Positions 1 through 12,999 of a stretch of DNA of 64,000 nucleotides are shown here, piece by piece (the stretch's first letter is position 1; each line of letters opens with the position of its first letter). The notes below the pieces were generated by a model that searched no databases, had not been told where the DNA came from, and saw only the letters and a program-made list of their open reading frames with translations. This stretch comes from Octopus bimaculoides (Eukaryota): assembly GCF_001194135.2 (NCBI RefSeq), contig NC_068983.1, forward strand, positions 166,579,371-166,643,370. The letters are read 5' to 3'. The translations under genes and the position numbers were made by a program.

Positions 1-31
1 TGTCCGTTAATTTTATTCATTTATTTGAATT

Positions 32-34
<3 letters not shown>

Positions 35-123
<89 letters not shown>

Positions 124-124
124 C
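35..124. repeat. Compound (TA)n(CA)n microsatellite
   Basis: Direct reading. Confidence 0.97.
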
Positions 125-126
125 TA

Positions 127-1372
127 CAGGGTCTTGCGCAGATAAATTGAGATAATTTTTACGATGCATACAACTGGTTATAAATACTAAAATAATGGTA
201 GTAGACAGATATAATTTTATTACAACAAAAACATTTATCACTCACTTTGGCTGCCCTTTTGGGGGCCTTCACATGAGAATCAAATTTTCTTGCAGCTGCT
301 GCAACCTCTGCCTTTTTGATTTTGCATGTCGCATGCATGATGCAGGTCTTCAAACTGTTGACACTCGAGTGTGGTGAAGCATTGGTCCTTTCTTGAAGTA
401 CATCCCATAAAAAGTTATCAAGAAGGTTGAGATCTGGGCTCTTACTCGAGACCAGATGTTGGCCCTCACAAAAAATGGCACCTTCTCACCAAGGAAGACC
501 TGTGATGCTTTTGACTCATGGCATGCTTCAGAATCCTGGATAAGCATCACATTGTCAAGCCCAAACTTCAGCTACAGTCAAGGTAATAATTCTTCAGGAT
601 GTCCAGATACTCCTTTGTGCCAATCTTCAAGCCAGACTCAATGAAGTGTGGATCCATGACAATTCCATCACTCGACATAGCTTCAAATACCATCACAAAG
701 GCTGGATTCTTCATCTCAAGCACAGGAAGGACATCAGAAGGGTTGGATACAATCCCTTGAGAATTTCTGCGATTCACCTCAATGTCCACAGTGAACTTCT
801 CATCCAGAAACACGAGAGTTTTTCCTGCTCCTTGATGTTTGATGAATGACAGAGGCTTTGGGCTACTCTCAGCTCTGATTGCTTTGACCTTGACTGTTAG
901 GAGGTGACGGGATCATCAAACATAGCTAGTCATGCTGCCAAGGTTCCTGTTCACAGCTCTGGACACCATCGAAAGGGACACATTGCGTTTCTTTGCAAGA
1001 GTTGTCATGGATGTGGATGGGTTGGCTTCAGTCGAGTGTTTGAGGCCAGTGAGAAACTTTGGATTGCGCTTGGAATCACTTCGGGTCTTGTGTTCTTTTC
1101 TATCAATCTTTCTCTCTTCTTTAAATTGTTTATACACACGATGAACTGTTGCTTTTGGAAGTTTTGTCAACTTAACAATTTATTGGCAGTGTGCCCAGGG
1201 CTCACCAAAACAATAATGGTGGAATGATTCTGTTGTTGAATCAGTTCACTATTTACCTGAAAAATAAAGAGGAGGATTAGATTTTCAAGCAAGGTTTTGT
1301 CAAAAAAGGAAATGCTAAACCCACCTTAAGTCAACTGCTCAAGATTGGCCTCAGTTTATCTGCAAGACCCTG
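127..1372 (-). mobile_element. Full-length decayed Tc1/mariner transposon, maT-like (DD37D)
   Basis: TIRs CAGGGTCTTGC(GC)AGATAAA(T/C)TGAG at both ends, flanked by TA at 125-126 and 1373-1374. Fragmented minus-strand transposase: HTH region (916-1170), FLDEKFTVD..VMVF (568-813), QDSEACH, then SPDLNLLD after a frameshift. Confidence 0.92.
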
Positions 1373-1589
1373 TATAGTCATGCAGACGTAGCTGTGTGGT
1401 AAGAGGTTTGTTTCCCAACCATGTAATTCCAGGTTCAGTCCCATTGCATAGCACCTTGGGCAAGTGTCTTCTACTAGGTTGACCAAAGCTTTGTGAGTGG
1501 ATTTGCTAAACAGAAGCTGAAAGAAGTCTGTCATACTTATTGTATGTTTGTGTGTGTGTTTTGCTGTCTCTTTGCTTTGACTTTGTGTG

Positions 1590-3770
1590 GTACTTGGAAA
1601 CAAGTTTACAGTTCTTTGGTTTTTAACTAGATGCAATGTAGGATGTGTGTTTACTGGGAGCAATATTCTGTTGGTGGTGATCTTATTTGATCCTTGAAGA
1701 GAGCTGAAGTCTTTTCTGGTTTTGAAGGGGAATCCTGGTGTTTGGGCTGTGAGTTTTGTCAAGCCTAACATTTGAAGTGATATTTTAAGAGTTTTAGATG
1801 TATTTTGTTTTTGCGCATTGGTTGTAGCTTTATATTGGTGAAGGAAACAAGATGGACAGGACTCCCCTGGAGAGTGTATTTGAGGTCTCTTTCTGTTGGG
1901 ACAGTGCAAGTTTAGCATCAGTTGTCTAGGTTACATAAAGATGATGCTTATGTGCCGGTCATAAGAGTCGGGTGAAGGACTGCATCATCTGCAGAGCACT
2001 GGACATTGTTGGGAGTGATGGCAGATAGGCTGCTGATGCATGGGAAAAAATGTGGAGGAGATACTAGTGTCTTGGAGCATGCCAGAGACGACAGATGATG
2101 TCAAAGAGAGCTGCATTGGTATGATGTGACAGGAAGCCTCTCAACCAAGATCGTGCTTGGAGCCCATGTATAGAAAGTTTAGGTAGATTGCATGTCAGAA
2201 ACGGGGCCTGTCAAGTACACTAATAATATTGTTTCCAATAAATTTCTCAAAGAATGAGAACCAGTTATTAAGTGTCACAGGGGGAGCTGATTTCCAGTAG
2301 ATGTGGTTTTATATATTGGGAAGGTAGTTGTTAACAGTTGTTCTCCATCACCTTTTTATGATGTTGGAAATGAGAGCAATAAGTTGATAGTTAAGATGGT
2401 TGCCCATATTAAGAACGGGATACATTGTAGCTAGTTTCCAAATATAGCAATAGATATCTGTAGGAGAGACCAGAAGCCTTGGTGAGGGCAAGAACTCTTA
2501 GAAGAAGCAGACCATGCCCATGATCTTTATAGGCTCTTTGAGACTTGCAGAGATTGATGCTGCTGACATTCTGCTTCATCCTTTTGGGACCATCTCACCT
2601 GAAACCATCTTTCATTCTTTGATCCAAACTCTGTTTTGAAGTAAAACCTTCGTCCATCAAAATCTCATTTTAATTCATGTTCCAAACACCAACTAAATAA
2701 TGACCAAGTTATTTATTTTTAACTTTTCATTTGTTTTGAAATGAATTTAAGCAAAGACAGTGTATTTCATCAGAAATATGGTGACTGAAGGGTAAAACTG
2801 TTGTAGTTAACTGCAATAAAGACATGTTGAAGGGTGGGATTTTGGAAGCCAGTATTGTGAGAGAAATGATTGGATACAGTTGTTGGTGTGGGCCCTGGAT
2901 GGAGTGGTGGTGATTGACACAACATGAGTGATGAGAGGCAGAAACAAGTGAATGAAGGTGGCACAAGAACAGACAGCTTTCGAAGAGCAGAAACCATTGT
3001 AGAAGCAGTAGAAAAGGCAGTGAGAAGACACAGCTGGAATTTGCTGTTGACTGGTTTTATGTTAGTTAATTACATGACCTTTTTTTGAATGTTATCTATG
3101 TCTAGAGTGTGTGTGTGTGTGTGTAGTAGTAGCAGCACCAGTAGAGTTCCAAATAAGGGATCAGGCTGGACTTGCTCCATTGTGGGTCTTACCTGATCTT
3201 AGTTGTTGGGAGAAGAATTATTTGTTTTGGTTCTGAAGAGAAGAGCTAAACTTTGAGTTGCAATTTAAGCTTATAATAAAGAAGTGTTTGCTGGGAGAGG
3301 TCATCACTGATAGTGAGAGCTAGCATTTGGAGTGATTATGAGGGCTCTAGTTACATGTTGTTTAAGGGAGTGTGTTGCAATGTTTTCTTTATATGTGTAT
3401 TGCTTTTTTTTTTTTTTCTCATGAATGAAAAGATGACCTGACTTCCATTAAATATTTTTGAGCTCTCTCTCTCTCTCCATGAAGTCAATGCAAATTTGGT
3501 GGGAGGTGTCTAAATTACATGTGATGACAATTGGACAGGGAAGCTAACAGAGTGCTATTATATGGAAGGGACATTATTAGGGCCACTGGAGTTGTTGGTT
3601 TGAAGTAACCAAGGGGACCTTACCATTTGACATATATGTGTGTACATGAGGATAAGCCTAATTGAGTAGAAAGGGGATAAATCTAGAAAATATGTATCTA
3701 GGGTAAGGGTCAGCAAAGTGGTTGATATTGAGACCTTGGGGCTCTATGTGGCTATCCAAGGGCTAAAGAG
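1590..3770 (-). mobile_element. Decayed non-LTR retrotransposon (CR1/L2/Jockey-type) reverse transcriptase remnant
   Basis: Minus-strand degenerate RT motifs NYQLIALISNIIK (~NYRPIALTS), SGMLQDTSISSTF (~SGVPQGSVLSPTLF) and CSADD (~YADD) in 1990-2400, with many stops. Outer limits uncertain; interrupted by a MITE. Confidence 0.7.
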
Positions 3771-3907
3771 ACATGAAATATTTCTACTATATCAATATAG
3801 TATTATGGAATTAATTTTAATATTTTCTTCAAATATTTTTTTTTATTAAAGAACAATAATGATACAGAAGAGCAAAGACATCTTTTAAATCAAGAAGTTT
3901 TATTAAT

Positions 3908-4050
3908 TCATCATCATTGTTTAACGTCCACTTTCCATGCTAGCATGGGTTGGACAGTTTGACTGAGGACTGGCAAGCCAGAAGGCTGCACCAGGCTCCA
4001 ATCTGATCCGGCAGAGTTTCTACAGCTGGATGCCCTTCCTAACACCAACC
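3908..4050 (-). mobile_element. RTE-related 3' tail copy
   Basis: (CAT)n followed by TTTAACGTCCACTTTCCATGCTAGCATGGGTTGGAC...GGATGCCCTTCCTAAC. Confidence 0.8.
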
Positions 4051-6451
4051 ACCCTTCCTATGACCAGCAACTCTTTGACCCTGTCACTTCCTGCCTGGAG
4101 GATATCTACCTCACTTCACTCCTTTCTGACTCCAAAGTCATTATCCTCAATGCTCACAACACTTGCCTCTTACGCATGCTTTGGCTACCGACATACGGAT
4201 TCCTTTCTGTTAAATATAAACACTATCACATTCATTCAGGCGAGTTTTTTTGACAAACAGGTATTCAGTAAAATTTCCAATCTATAAATATATTGAGTAA
4301 AATTTCCAAAACTATTCAAAATGTTTTACCACAAATATTAGTGATATGGCTGGCTGGCTGGTCTCTTCTATAAAGGTATTTATGAGTAAGTTTTTCTTTT
4401 AGACGATGATTCACCCCATATCACAGCAATATCATTGTGTTCACTTGTGTAGGTTGTGCAGCAATGCTTTAGTTTAATAAAATCTCTTTTTATTCATATT
4501 ATTTTGTTCTTTTAGAAGTTATTTTCTTATATTTTTTTGTGTGTTTCTTTGATAATTTTATGCTATTTATTTCTGGGCGTGTCTCGAAATTGCATTTTTC
4601 CTAGATTTTTGGTTAGCCATTTCCTTGATATTACCTGAAGGATCTATTTTGGCAGTGAAGTAGACCTCTAAGTATTTGGCTCCAGTCCATTTTTGTCTAT
4701 TTTGATTTAGCAGCACAATGATGCTCCTTCTGTGAATCCTCATCCTCCAACAGCCATGTTCTATGCTGGTAAGGGTCGGATGATTTGTCCAAAGACTACA
4801 TCATGTTCCATTGTCTACTTTGGCATGGTTTCTACCCATCTGGATGCACTTCCTAATGTCAACCACTTTGCAGAGTGTCTTGGATGCTTTTTTCATGTCA
4901 CCAGCACCAGTGATGCTGCCAAGAGCGGCTTGCGTGATTACGGACCTCTGAGAGGTAGCATCGGGTTAGGAAACGAGGGATCAAAGTCTGAGAAAAGGTT
5001 GCCAGAGCAGAAGAGATTTCTTGCTACAAAGATGCTACGACCAATTATAAAATGAGTTTTTCTGATAAATTATTCTTTCAGAAGTAAAAATGAAGTTAAT
5101 TCTGTGTTTATCAAAACTTTAATGAGGCAGACAAGAATGTCACATTTGAACTAAATCAATAATAAACTGATCAACCAACCATACAACAGGTTGTACCATA
5201 CTCTGTATTACTCGCAGCATTTGTGAACAACCTGACACAATTTGAATAGAGATAAAGTCTTTTGGAGTTTAAAATTATATAATTCAGGAAGTTATATTCA
5301 ATTATTGATATAATTTTGCGATTCTTACAGTTCTTGTTATGGAGTTTATGTCTTCCAAACTTGCTAACCCCAATCTTTACTTTTGATATTCCTTACTGCT
5401 TTTTGCTGATTCTCATACAGCTAAAGATGTATAAACTCTTAATTTCATGATTGTCTTCATATAACTGCCATATTCCATGCCAGCAAGGCTTGGATGATTT
5501 GACAGGATCCAATGAGCCAGAGAAATGCATTGAGTGCCACTGTCTGCTTTCACATGATTTCTGCTGCTGGATGCCCCTCTTAACATCAGTCACTGTATAG
5601 AAGATACTGGGGCTTTTTCCATGGTACCAGCACTAGTGAAGTCATTAAGTAACTTGTAAGACCCCTTGACAGAGTTGGGTGCAATATCGAGGGAGGCAGT
5701 TTTGTGTTGGGTGTTGAGAGGCTAAAATATGATAAAGAGAAAACTGAAAGAAGCCCATTGTATATATATGTATATATGTTTGTGTGTCTGTGTTAGCCCC
5801 CCCCCCACTATCGCTTGACAACTGATGTTGGTGTATTTATGTCCCTATAACTTAGCGGTTCGGCAAAAGTGACCGATAGAATAGGTACTGGGCTTACAAA
5901 GAATAAGTCCTGGGATCAATTTGTACGACTAAAGGTGATGCTCCAGCATGGCCTCAGTCAAATGACTGAATCAAGTAAAAGAATCTTATTTAATTTATAG
6001 TTGAAGATCTTTGTTGATGTTGGTAAATTATGTCTTCTGGTTCAAACGATTCTTTAACCTAGGAATTTGTGATTGTTTTGTAGTTTGGAAAATTTGGTTG
6101 TATTTAGTGAGGACTGCAGCTATTTGTCCATGCAAGCATGGACAAATGGACATAGAAAATTACCAAATTGGTAAGCTGGCAGAGTCATTAGTGTTTCGGC
6201 CAAAATGTTTAATGGCACTTCTCATTCTTTACATTCCGAGTTCAAATTCCACCTTAGGTTGGCTTCTCTTTTCTGAGTCAATAAATTAAGTACCGGTCAA
6301 GGACTAAACCCCTCTCCACCTCCGAATTACTGGCCTTGTGCAATGGTGTTTGGAGCTTAGATTAACATTAAGTTTTTTATGGATCACTTTAAAATAAGAA
6401 ATTTGTATCATAGTACTAAGGGCCGTCTTGGGTAGGTTGATATCAAAGTGT

Positions 6452-6673
6452 TTAAGTCTTTAGCATTCAGATTATTCTATAAAATGTAAAGCTTCTTTAT
6501 TCACATTGTCTTGAATGAATCAGGCATTATCTTGTAGTTTCAGTATTTCATTGTGGTTGTTTATTTTTAGGATAACAGTGTAGGGTAGGTTTGAGAGGCC
6601 AGATCTGACTGGTTTGAACATAAAACAGAGAATATTTAGGCCAGATATAACTGGTTTAAATGCTAAAGGTTTA
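6452..6673. mobile_element. TTAA-flanked piggyBac-like MITE family 1
   Basis: Ends approximate TTAACCCTTTAGCATT...AATGCTAAAGGGTTAA. Copies at 28288-28501, 31913-32139 and ~61245-61420 (reverse). Confidence 0.75.
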
Positions 6674-6877
6674 GATGTGTAAATTGTCCAAAATTATTCT
6701 TATAATATATTCATTTAGATAAAACTGTGTGTTTTTTGTGTGCAGAATCACGTTAGGCTGTTTATCTCCACAAATGTTTGCTTCATTCCTTCACATAGAA
6801 TATTTGTTGTCTCCACAGATGAGCTGCTGTCAAACTGATATTTCTGGCAGAGGCTGGAGTTGTATTTCTGATAAGTC

Positions 6878-6881
<4 letters not shown>

Positions 6882-6924
<43 letters not shown>
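6882..6924. repeat. (GA)n microsatellite
   Basis: Direct reading. Similar (CT)n at ~40528-40597, (CA)n at ~33770-33817 and ~53952-54000, (TA)n at ~36035-36072. Confidence 0.95.
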
Positions 6925-6926
<2 letters not shown>

Positions 6927-7162
6927 TCAATAAAGCCTGCTAAAGAGAAAGTCATTCTGTATGCAGTACAGCTGCATTGTCTTGGAGATTCTACTTTTGT
7001 TTCTGAAGAGTTCTGTTGATAAGGGTGGCTGGGTGGAGTGGAGGAGGGGTGCATACAGCTTTTTTACAATTCTCTGATTCTTGATGTTTCCAGGTTCTTT
7101 ACTCATTTATTTATATCTATTAATGTCTTTATTTCTGTTGTTGTTGTTGTTGCTATTATTGA

Positions 7163-7372
7163 GGCAAGCTGGCAGAATCATTAGTGCACTGGACAAAATG
7201 TTTTGCAACATTTCTTCTGGTTCTTAATGTTCTGAGTTCAAATCCCATTGAGGTCGACATTGTTTTTTTTTTCTCTTCAGAGTCGTTAAAAAAGTACCAG
7301 TCACGTGAAGGGGTTGATGCAAATCAACTTACCCCTCCCCTTATCTGCTGGCCTTGTGCCAAAAATTAGAAA
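7163..7372 (+). mobile_element. SINE family C copy
   Basis: GGCAAGCTGGCAGAATCATTAG...GAGTTCAAATCCC...GGCCTTGTGCCAAAA. Other copies at about 6172-6341(+), 10350-10570(-), 44878-45080(-), 54200-54370(-), 58815-59010(-). Confidence 0.8.
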
Positions 7373-7377
7373 GAATT

Positions 7378-7850
7378 CATCATCATCATCTAATGTCTGC
7401 TTTCCATGCTGGCAAGGGTTAGGTAGTTTGACCGAGGACTGGTGAGCCAGAGGCTGCACCAGGCTCAACTGATCTGGCAAAGTTTCTACAGCTGGATGCC
7501 CTTCCTAATGCCAACCACTCCGAGAGTGTAGTGGGTGCTTTTTATGTGCCAGCAGCACAAGGGCCAGTCAGGTGGTTCTGGCAATGACCACGCTCAAAAG
7601 GTGTTTTTACGTGCTACCTGCATGGGAGCCAGTCCTGCGGCACTGGCAACGACCACACTCGAATGTTGTTTTTCACGTACCACTGGCACATGTGCTGGTA
7701 AGGCGACGCTGGCAACGATCACACTTGAATGGTACTTTTCATGTGTCACCGGCACGGGAGCTGATCCGTGGCCCTGGCAACGATTACGCTCGGATATGCT
7801 TCTTTTAACATTCCACTGGCATGAGTGCCAATCAGGTGGTACTCTCATTG
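7378..7850 (-). mobile_element. RTE LINE 3' UTR copy with expanded internal tandem module
   Basis: Reverse complement of the same 3' UTR with about 4-5 module copies and a (CAT)n tail at the left. Confidence 0.75.
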
Positions 7851-7876
7851 GCCACATCTATCTGTTTATATATTCT

Positions 7877-8221
7877 TTTATTGTTTTACTTCTTTCAGTC
7901 ATTTTGACTGTGGCCATGCTGGAGCACCACCTTTTAGTCAAAGAAATCAACCCCTGGGCTTATTCTTTGTAAGCCTGGTACTTGGTCTCTTTTGCCGAAC
8001 CACTAAGTTACAGGGATGTAAACACACTTAGATCAGTTGTCAAGTGATGGTGGAGGGACAAACACAGACACAAATATATACATATACAACAGGCTTCTTT
8101 CAGTTTCTGTCTCCCAAATCCACTCAAAGCTTTGGTCAGCCCAAGATGCCACACAGTAGAACTGAACCCAGAACCATGTGATTGGGAAGCAAGCTTCTTA
8201 CCACACAGCCATGCCTGTGCC
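7877..8221 (-). mobile_element. tRNA-derived SINE family A, near full length
   Basis: On the minus strand: head GGCATGGCTGTGTGGTAAG (A box) and GGTTCAGTTC (B box), body ACCAAAGCTTTGAGTGGATTTGG, 3' end CAGTCAAAATGACTGAAAG. Confidence 0.85.
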
Positions 8222-11200
8222 TATATATATATATATATATATATATATANNNNNNNNNNNNNNNNNNNNNNNNNNNNNNNNNNNNNNNNNNNNNNNNNNN
8301 NNNNNNNNNNNNNNNNNNNNNNNNNNNNNNNNNNNNNNNNNNNNNNNNNNNNNNNNNNNNNNNNNNNNNNNNNNNNNNNNNNNNNNNNNNNNNNNNNNNN
8401 NNNNNNNNNNNNNNNNNNNNNNNNNNNNNNNNNNNNNNNNNNNNNNNNNNNNNNNNNNNNNNNNNNNNNNNNNNNNNNNNNNNNNNNNNNNNNNNNNNNN
8501 NNNNNNNNNNNNNNNNNNNNNNNNNNNNNNNNNNNNNNNNNNNNNNNNNNNNNNNNNNNNNNNNNNNNNNNNNNNNNNNNNNNNNNNNNNNNNNNNNNNN
8601 NNNNNNNNNNNNNNNNNNNNNNNNNNNNNNNNNNNNNNNNNNNNNNNNNNNNNNNNNNNNNNNNNNNNNNNNNNNNNNNNNNNNNNNNNNNNNNNNNNNN
8701 NNNNNNATATATATATATATATAATCCTGTATATAATATATATATATTGAAATGGAAATATCTATTTCTGATGCTCCAAGACTGTCTTATTGTTTTTCTC
8801 ATAGAATTATTTTTCTTTTAATAAAACCCTTTTTATTATGTTTTTTCCCAAAGTTTGTTGTGTAATACACCGAATTGTAATTTTATTTTTTCTCCATTTC
8901 AAGACCAGAGCCATTGTATTGATGGTTTTTACCTCATTTATCGTATTTCAGTTAAACCTTGCAAAAAAGAAAGAAAGAAAAGACTGTATTCCACCGTCTT
9001 TGATATTTTTTAACCAAGGTGCTTGGCGAAAGATAGTCATTTTGAAAAACTTAAAAGCAGCTCCAAACAAAAACTATTTTTTCCCTTCGGTATTTTTTTT
9101 TTTCTTTTCTTGGATTGAAATTTTTTTCTCCTTCTTTTCTCCCCCCCCCCCTACTCTATATTGAAAAAGTGTTGCTGTTGCAAAGGGTTTTTGCTTATGT
9201 TTAGTTATTGTGTTTCTCTTGCTGCTTTCTTTTCAATTGATATCATCTTATGAGTCATCTATTGATCATTTGCATATTTATCACTGGAACTTATTATGCT
9301 GTTTTGATAGGGAATATTGACTCATATAAGATAGCAAACTCTGTGCCCCCACTCCCACCCCCAGACTAGGGAGTTAGATCTATCAGAATGATAGCAGATG
9401 CAACGTTCAACAGAACCAAACCCTGCTCCTCCTCCTCGATATATGAACTCTCTCTGTTTGTGATATCTTGGAGAAGTAAAAATCTTGAAAAATCTTTGTT
9501 TCCTCAAATGTTTACATTTAATCACAATGTTGATCTGTTTGTTATTGGCTCGGCTTTGATCTATTGAACTCATTTGTAGCAATTCTATGTTGTGCCAACT
9601 GATAGCATGATATAGATAGTTGTAAGACAAACAGTTGGTAATGCAAAGCTGGTGTACAGCGAACCCTCCTGGATGCTATGACTAGAGGCATGGCTTATTG
9701 CTCTACACTGTACTGATCCCAATCACTTAATGTTCTGACGTTTAGAGGTTAGGGAATATCGTAGCCTTCTGCTTTGTTTTCTTTCTTTTTTGTTTATTTT
9801 GTATATCTTATATGAGTTTGTTAATGCTCATATTGATTTGTAACTGTATTGCAGTTGTTTCTTAACTGGTTTTTCTGTGTAGTAAAAAGGTCTCAAATAG
9901 ACTGAAACTGTGTCTAAAATATAGTAACTGCTTTAGAAATCTTTTCTACTTTTAATTTGATTTTGTGTCATTTTTCTACTTTTACATTTTATTCAGACCA
10001 CAATCCATTTTCAATCTTCTTCAATTAATCTCTGAACAATAAACATTTTTTCATGACTTGATGAAAACAATTGTTTCTGTTTCTAATCTAGATGTATATA
10101 AGAAAATGAAGCCTGTTTTATGTTTGTCTTTTAATTTTCTCAAATTGTCCTCTTGTTGAATGCAAAGAGAAGTCAAGACCAGTTTTGTGAAACTGCCACA
10201 TGTTTCCATAACTTATTTTCATTATTTAAAGCAAGAGTTGAAGTCAACTGTTTTTGACCATTTTATTGGAATCCTTGATTCTTCATCAATTTCAGGCATG
10301 GAGGATAATTGAAAACCTGCTGTTAAATAATAACAACAACAACAACAACAACAATAATAATGTTTTAGATTTTGGCACAAAGCCAGCAATTTTGAGGGTT
10401 GTGGGCAATTCAGTTACATTGATGATAATACTTGGCTTCTACTTTATTTTTTTCGGCCCTGAAAGAATGAAAGCTATGTTGGCCTTGATGGAATTTGAGC
10501 TCAGAATCCAAATGTCATTAAGTATTTTGCCCAGAATACTAACGTCTCGGCCAGCTCACTGTCTTAGATAATCATCATCATCATTTAATGTCCACCTTCC
10601 CTGCTGGCATAGATGGGTCATCGATTTGACAGGAGCCGGCCAAGCAGAACCCTGCACCAGACTTTTGTGAATGTTTTGGCAGAATTTTTACAGCTGGATG
10701 CCTTTCCTAACACCCGACAACCCAGCAGAGTGGACTTACTGCCTTTTACATGGCACAATCACAGATGAGGTCAGTTTTGGCAAAGTTTTTACAGCGGGAT
10801 GCCCTTCCAAACGCCGACCACTTTACAGTGTGGACTGGATGCTTTTTACACTGTAAAATGGTTGGCGTTTAGTAATAATAGACAGAGATACCCGGCCTTG
10901 CGTGGGATTGAAATGGCATAGTTTTTTTTTTTGTTTTACTTGTTTTAGTTATGTGACTGTAGTCATGTTAAAGCAACACATTTGGTCGGAAAAATCGATC
11001 CCAGGATTTATACTTTGTAAACCTAGTACTTATTCTGTCAATGTCTTTTGCCAAACCACTAATTTATAGGAACGTAAACACAGCAACATCGGTTGTCTGT
11101 GGGGGTACAAACACAGGACACACACACAAATATACACATATATACAACAGTCTTCTTTCAGTTTCCGTGTACGAAATCCAATCAAGGCTTTGGTCAGCCT

Positions 11201-11224
11201 GAGGCTATAATACATATATATATA

Positions 11225-11670
11225 TACGGACCGAGACCTTTGGAAATGGGCTGTGCGTGAGAAGACCCGGCAAGCCAAGTAAGATCGTTGCCAGTGCCCC
11301 TGGACTGGTTCTTGTGCGGGTGGCACATGAGATGCACCATTTTGAGCGTGGCCGTTGCCAGTACCGCCTGACTGGCTCCTGTAGGATTTTCGAGCGAGAT
11401 CGTTGCCAGTGCCCCTGGACTGGCTTGTGCGGGTGGCACATAAAAGACACCATTTCGAGCGTGGCCGTTTTCGTGCGGGTGACACGTAAAAGCACCCACT
11501 ACACTCTCTGAGTGGTTGGCGTTAGGAAGGGCATCCAGCTGTAGAAACTCTGCCAAATCAGACTGGAGCCTGGTGTTGCCATCCGGTTTCACCAGTCCTC
11601 AGTCAAATCGTCCAACCCATGCTAGCATGGAAAGCGGACGTTAAACGATGATGATGATGATGATGATGAT
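11225..11670 (+). mobile_element. 5'-truncated RTE-clade LINE 3' end with internal tandem module and (GAT)8 tail
   Basis: Begins DRDLWKWAVREKTRQAK* (RTE ORF C-terminus). 3' UTR has repeated TTGCCAGT..CTGG..GTGGCAC units and ends CATGGAAAGCGGACGTTAAAC(GAT)n. Confidence 0.8.
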
Positions 11671-11929
11671 ATATATATATATATATATTACTCTTTTACT
11701 CTGTTATTGTTTCAGTCATTTGAGTGTGGCCATGCTGGAGCACTGCCTTTTAGTTGAAGAAAGCAACTCTTGGACTTATTCTTTGTAGGCCTGGTGCTTA
11801 TTCTATCGATATCTTCTGCTGAACTGCTAAGCTGCGGAGACATAAAAACACCAACATTGGTTAGTAAGCGATGTGGGGGGGAACAAACACAGACACAAAC
11901 GTTACCAGCTTTGCCTTCTAGCACTTGTG

Positions 11930-12176
11930 CTGATGGCACGTTAGAAAATCATTTGAGTGAGGTCGTTGCCAGTGCCGCTGGACTGGCTCTCGTGCAGGTG
12001 GCACGTAAAAGCACCCACTACACTCTCGGAGTGGTTAGCGTTAGGAAGGGCATCCAGCTGTAGAAACTCTGCCAGATCAGATTGGAGCTTGGTGCAGCCT
12101 CCTGGCTTGCCAGTCCTCAGTCAAATCGTCCAACCCATGCCAGCATGGAAAGCAGACATTAAACGATGATGATGAT
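11930..12176 (+). mobile_element. RTE-related 3' tail copy
   Basis: Same 3' UTR consensus ending (GAT)n. Confidence 0.8.
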
Positions 12177-12744
12177 ATATATATNNNNNNNNNNNNNNNN
12201 NNNNNNNNNNNNNNNNNNNNNNNNNNNNNNNNNNNNNNNNNNNNNNNNNNNNNNNNNNNNNNNNNNNNNNNNNNNNNNNNNNNNNNNNNNNNNNNNNNNN
12301 NNNNNNNNNNNNNNNNNNNNNNNNNNNNNNNNNNNNNNNNNNNNNNNNNNNNNNNNNNNNNNNNNNNNNNNNNNNNNNNNNNNNNNNNNNNNNNNNNNNN
12401 NNNNNNNNNNNNNNNNNNNNNNNNNNNNNNNNNNNNNNNNNNNNNNNNNNNNNNNNNNNNNNNNNNNNNNNNNNNNNNNNNNNNNNNNNNNNNNNNNNNN
12501 NNNNNNNNNNNNNNNNNNNNNNNNNNNNNNNNNNNNNNNNNNNNNNNNNNNNNNNNNNNNNNNNNNNNNNNNNNNNNNNNNNNNNNNNNNNNNNNNNNNN
12601 NNNNNNNNNNNNNNNNNNNNNNNNNNNNNNNNNNNNNNNNNNNNNNNNNNNNNNNNNNNNNNNNNNNNNNNNNNNNNNNNNNNNNNNNNNNNNNNNNNNN
12701 NNNNNNNNNNNNNNNNNNNNNNNNNNNNNNNNNNNNNNNNNNNN

Positions 12745-12999
12745 ATGGCACGTTAGAAAATCATTTGAGTGAGGTCGTTGCCAGTGCCGCTGGACTGGCT
12801 CTCGTGCAGGTGGCACGTAAAAGCACCCACTACACTCTCGGAGTGGTTAGCGTTAGGAAGGGCATCCAGCTGTAGAAACTCTGCCAAATCAGACTGGAGC
12901 CTGGTGTTGCCATCCGGTTTCACCAGTCCTCAGTCAAATCGTCCAACCCATGCTAGCATGGAAAGCGGACGTTAAACGATGATGATGATGATGATGATG

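Noticed and set aside
8132-8821. Long ORFs here and at 12.1-12.8, 26.1-26.8, 54.9-56.5 and 62.9-63.7 kb
   Set aside because: They are open only because they span N-runs.
9322-9630. Possible Penelope endonuclease tail (HAISWHNIELL)
   Set aside because: Only one weak motif, with no YIG or terminal repeat found.
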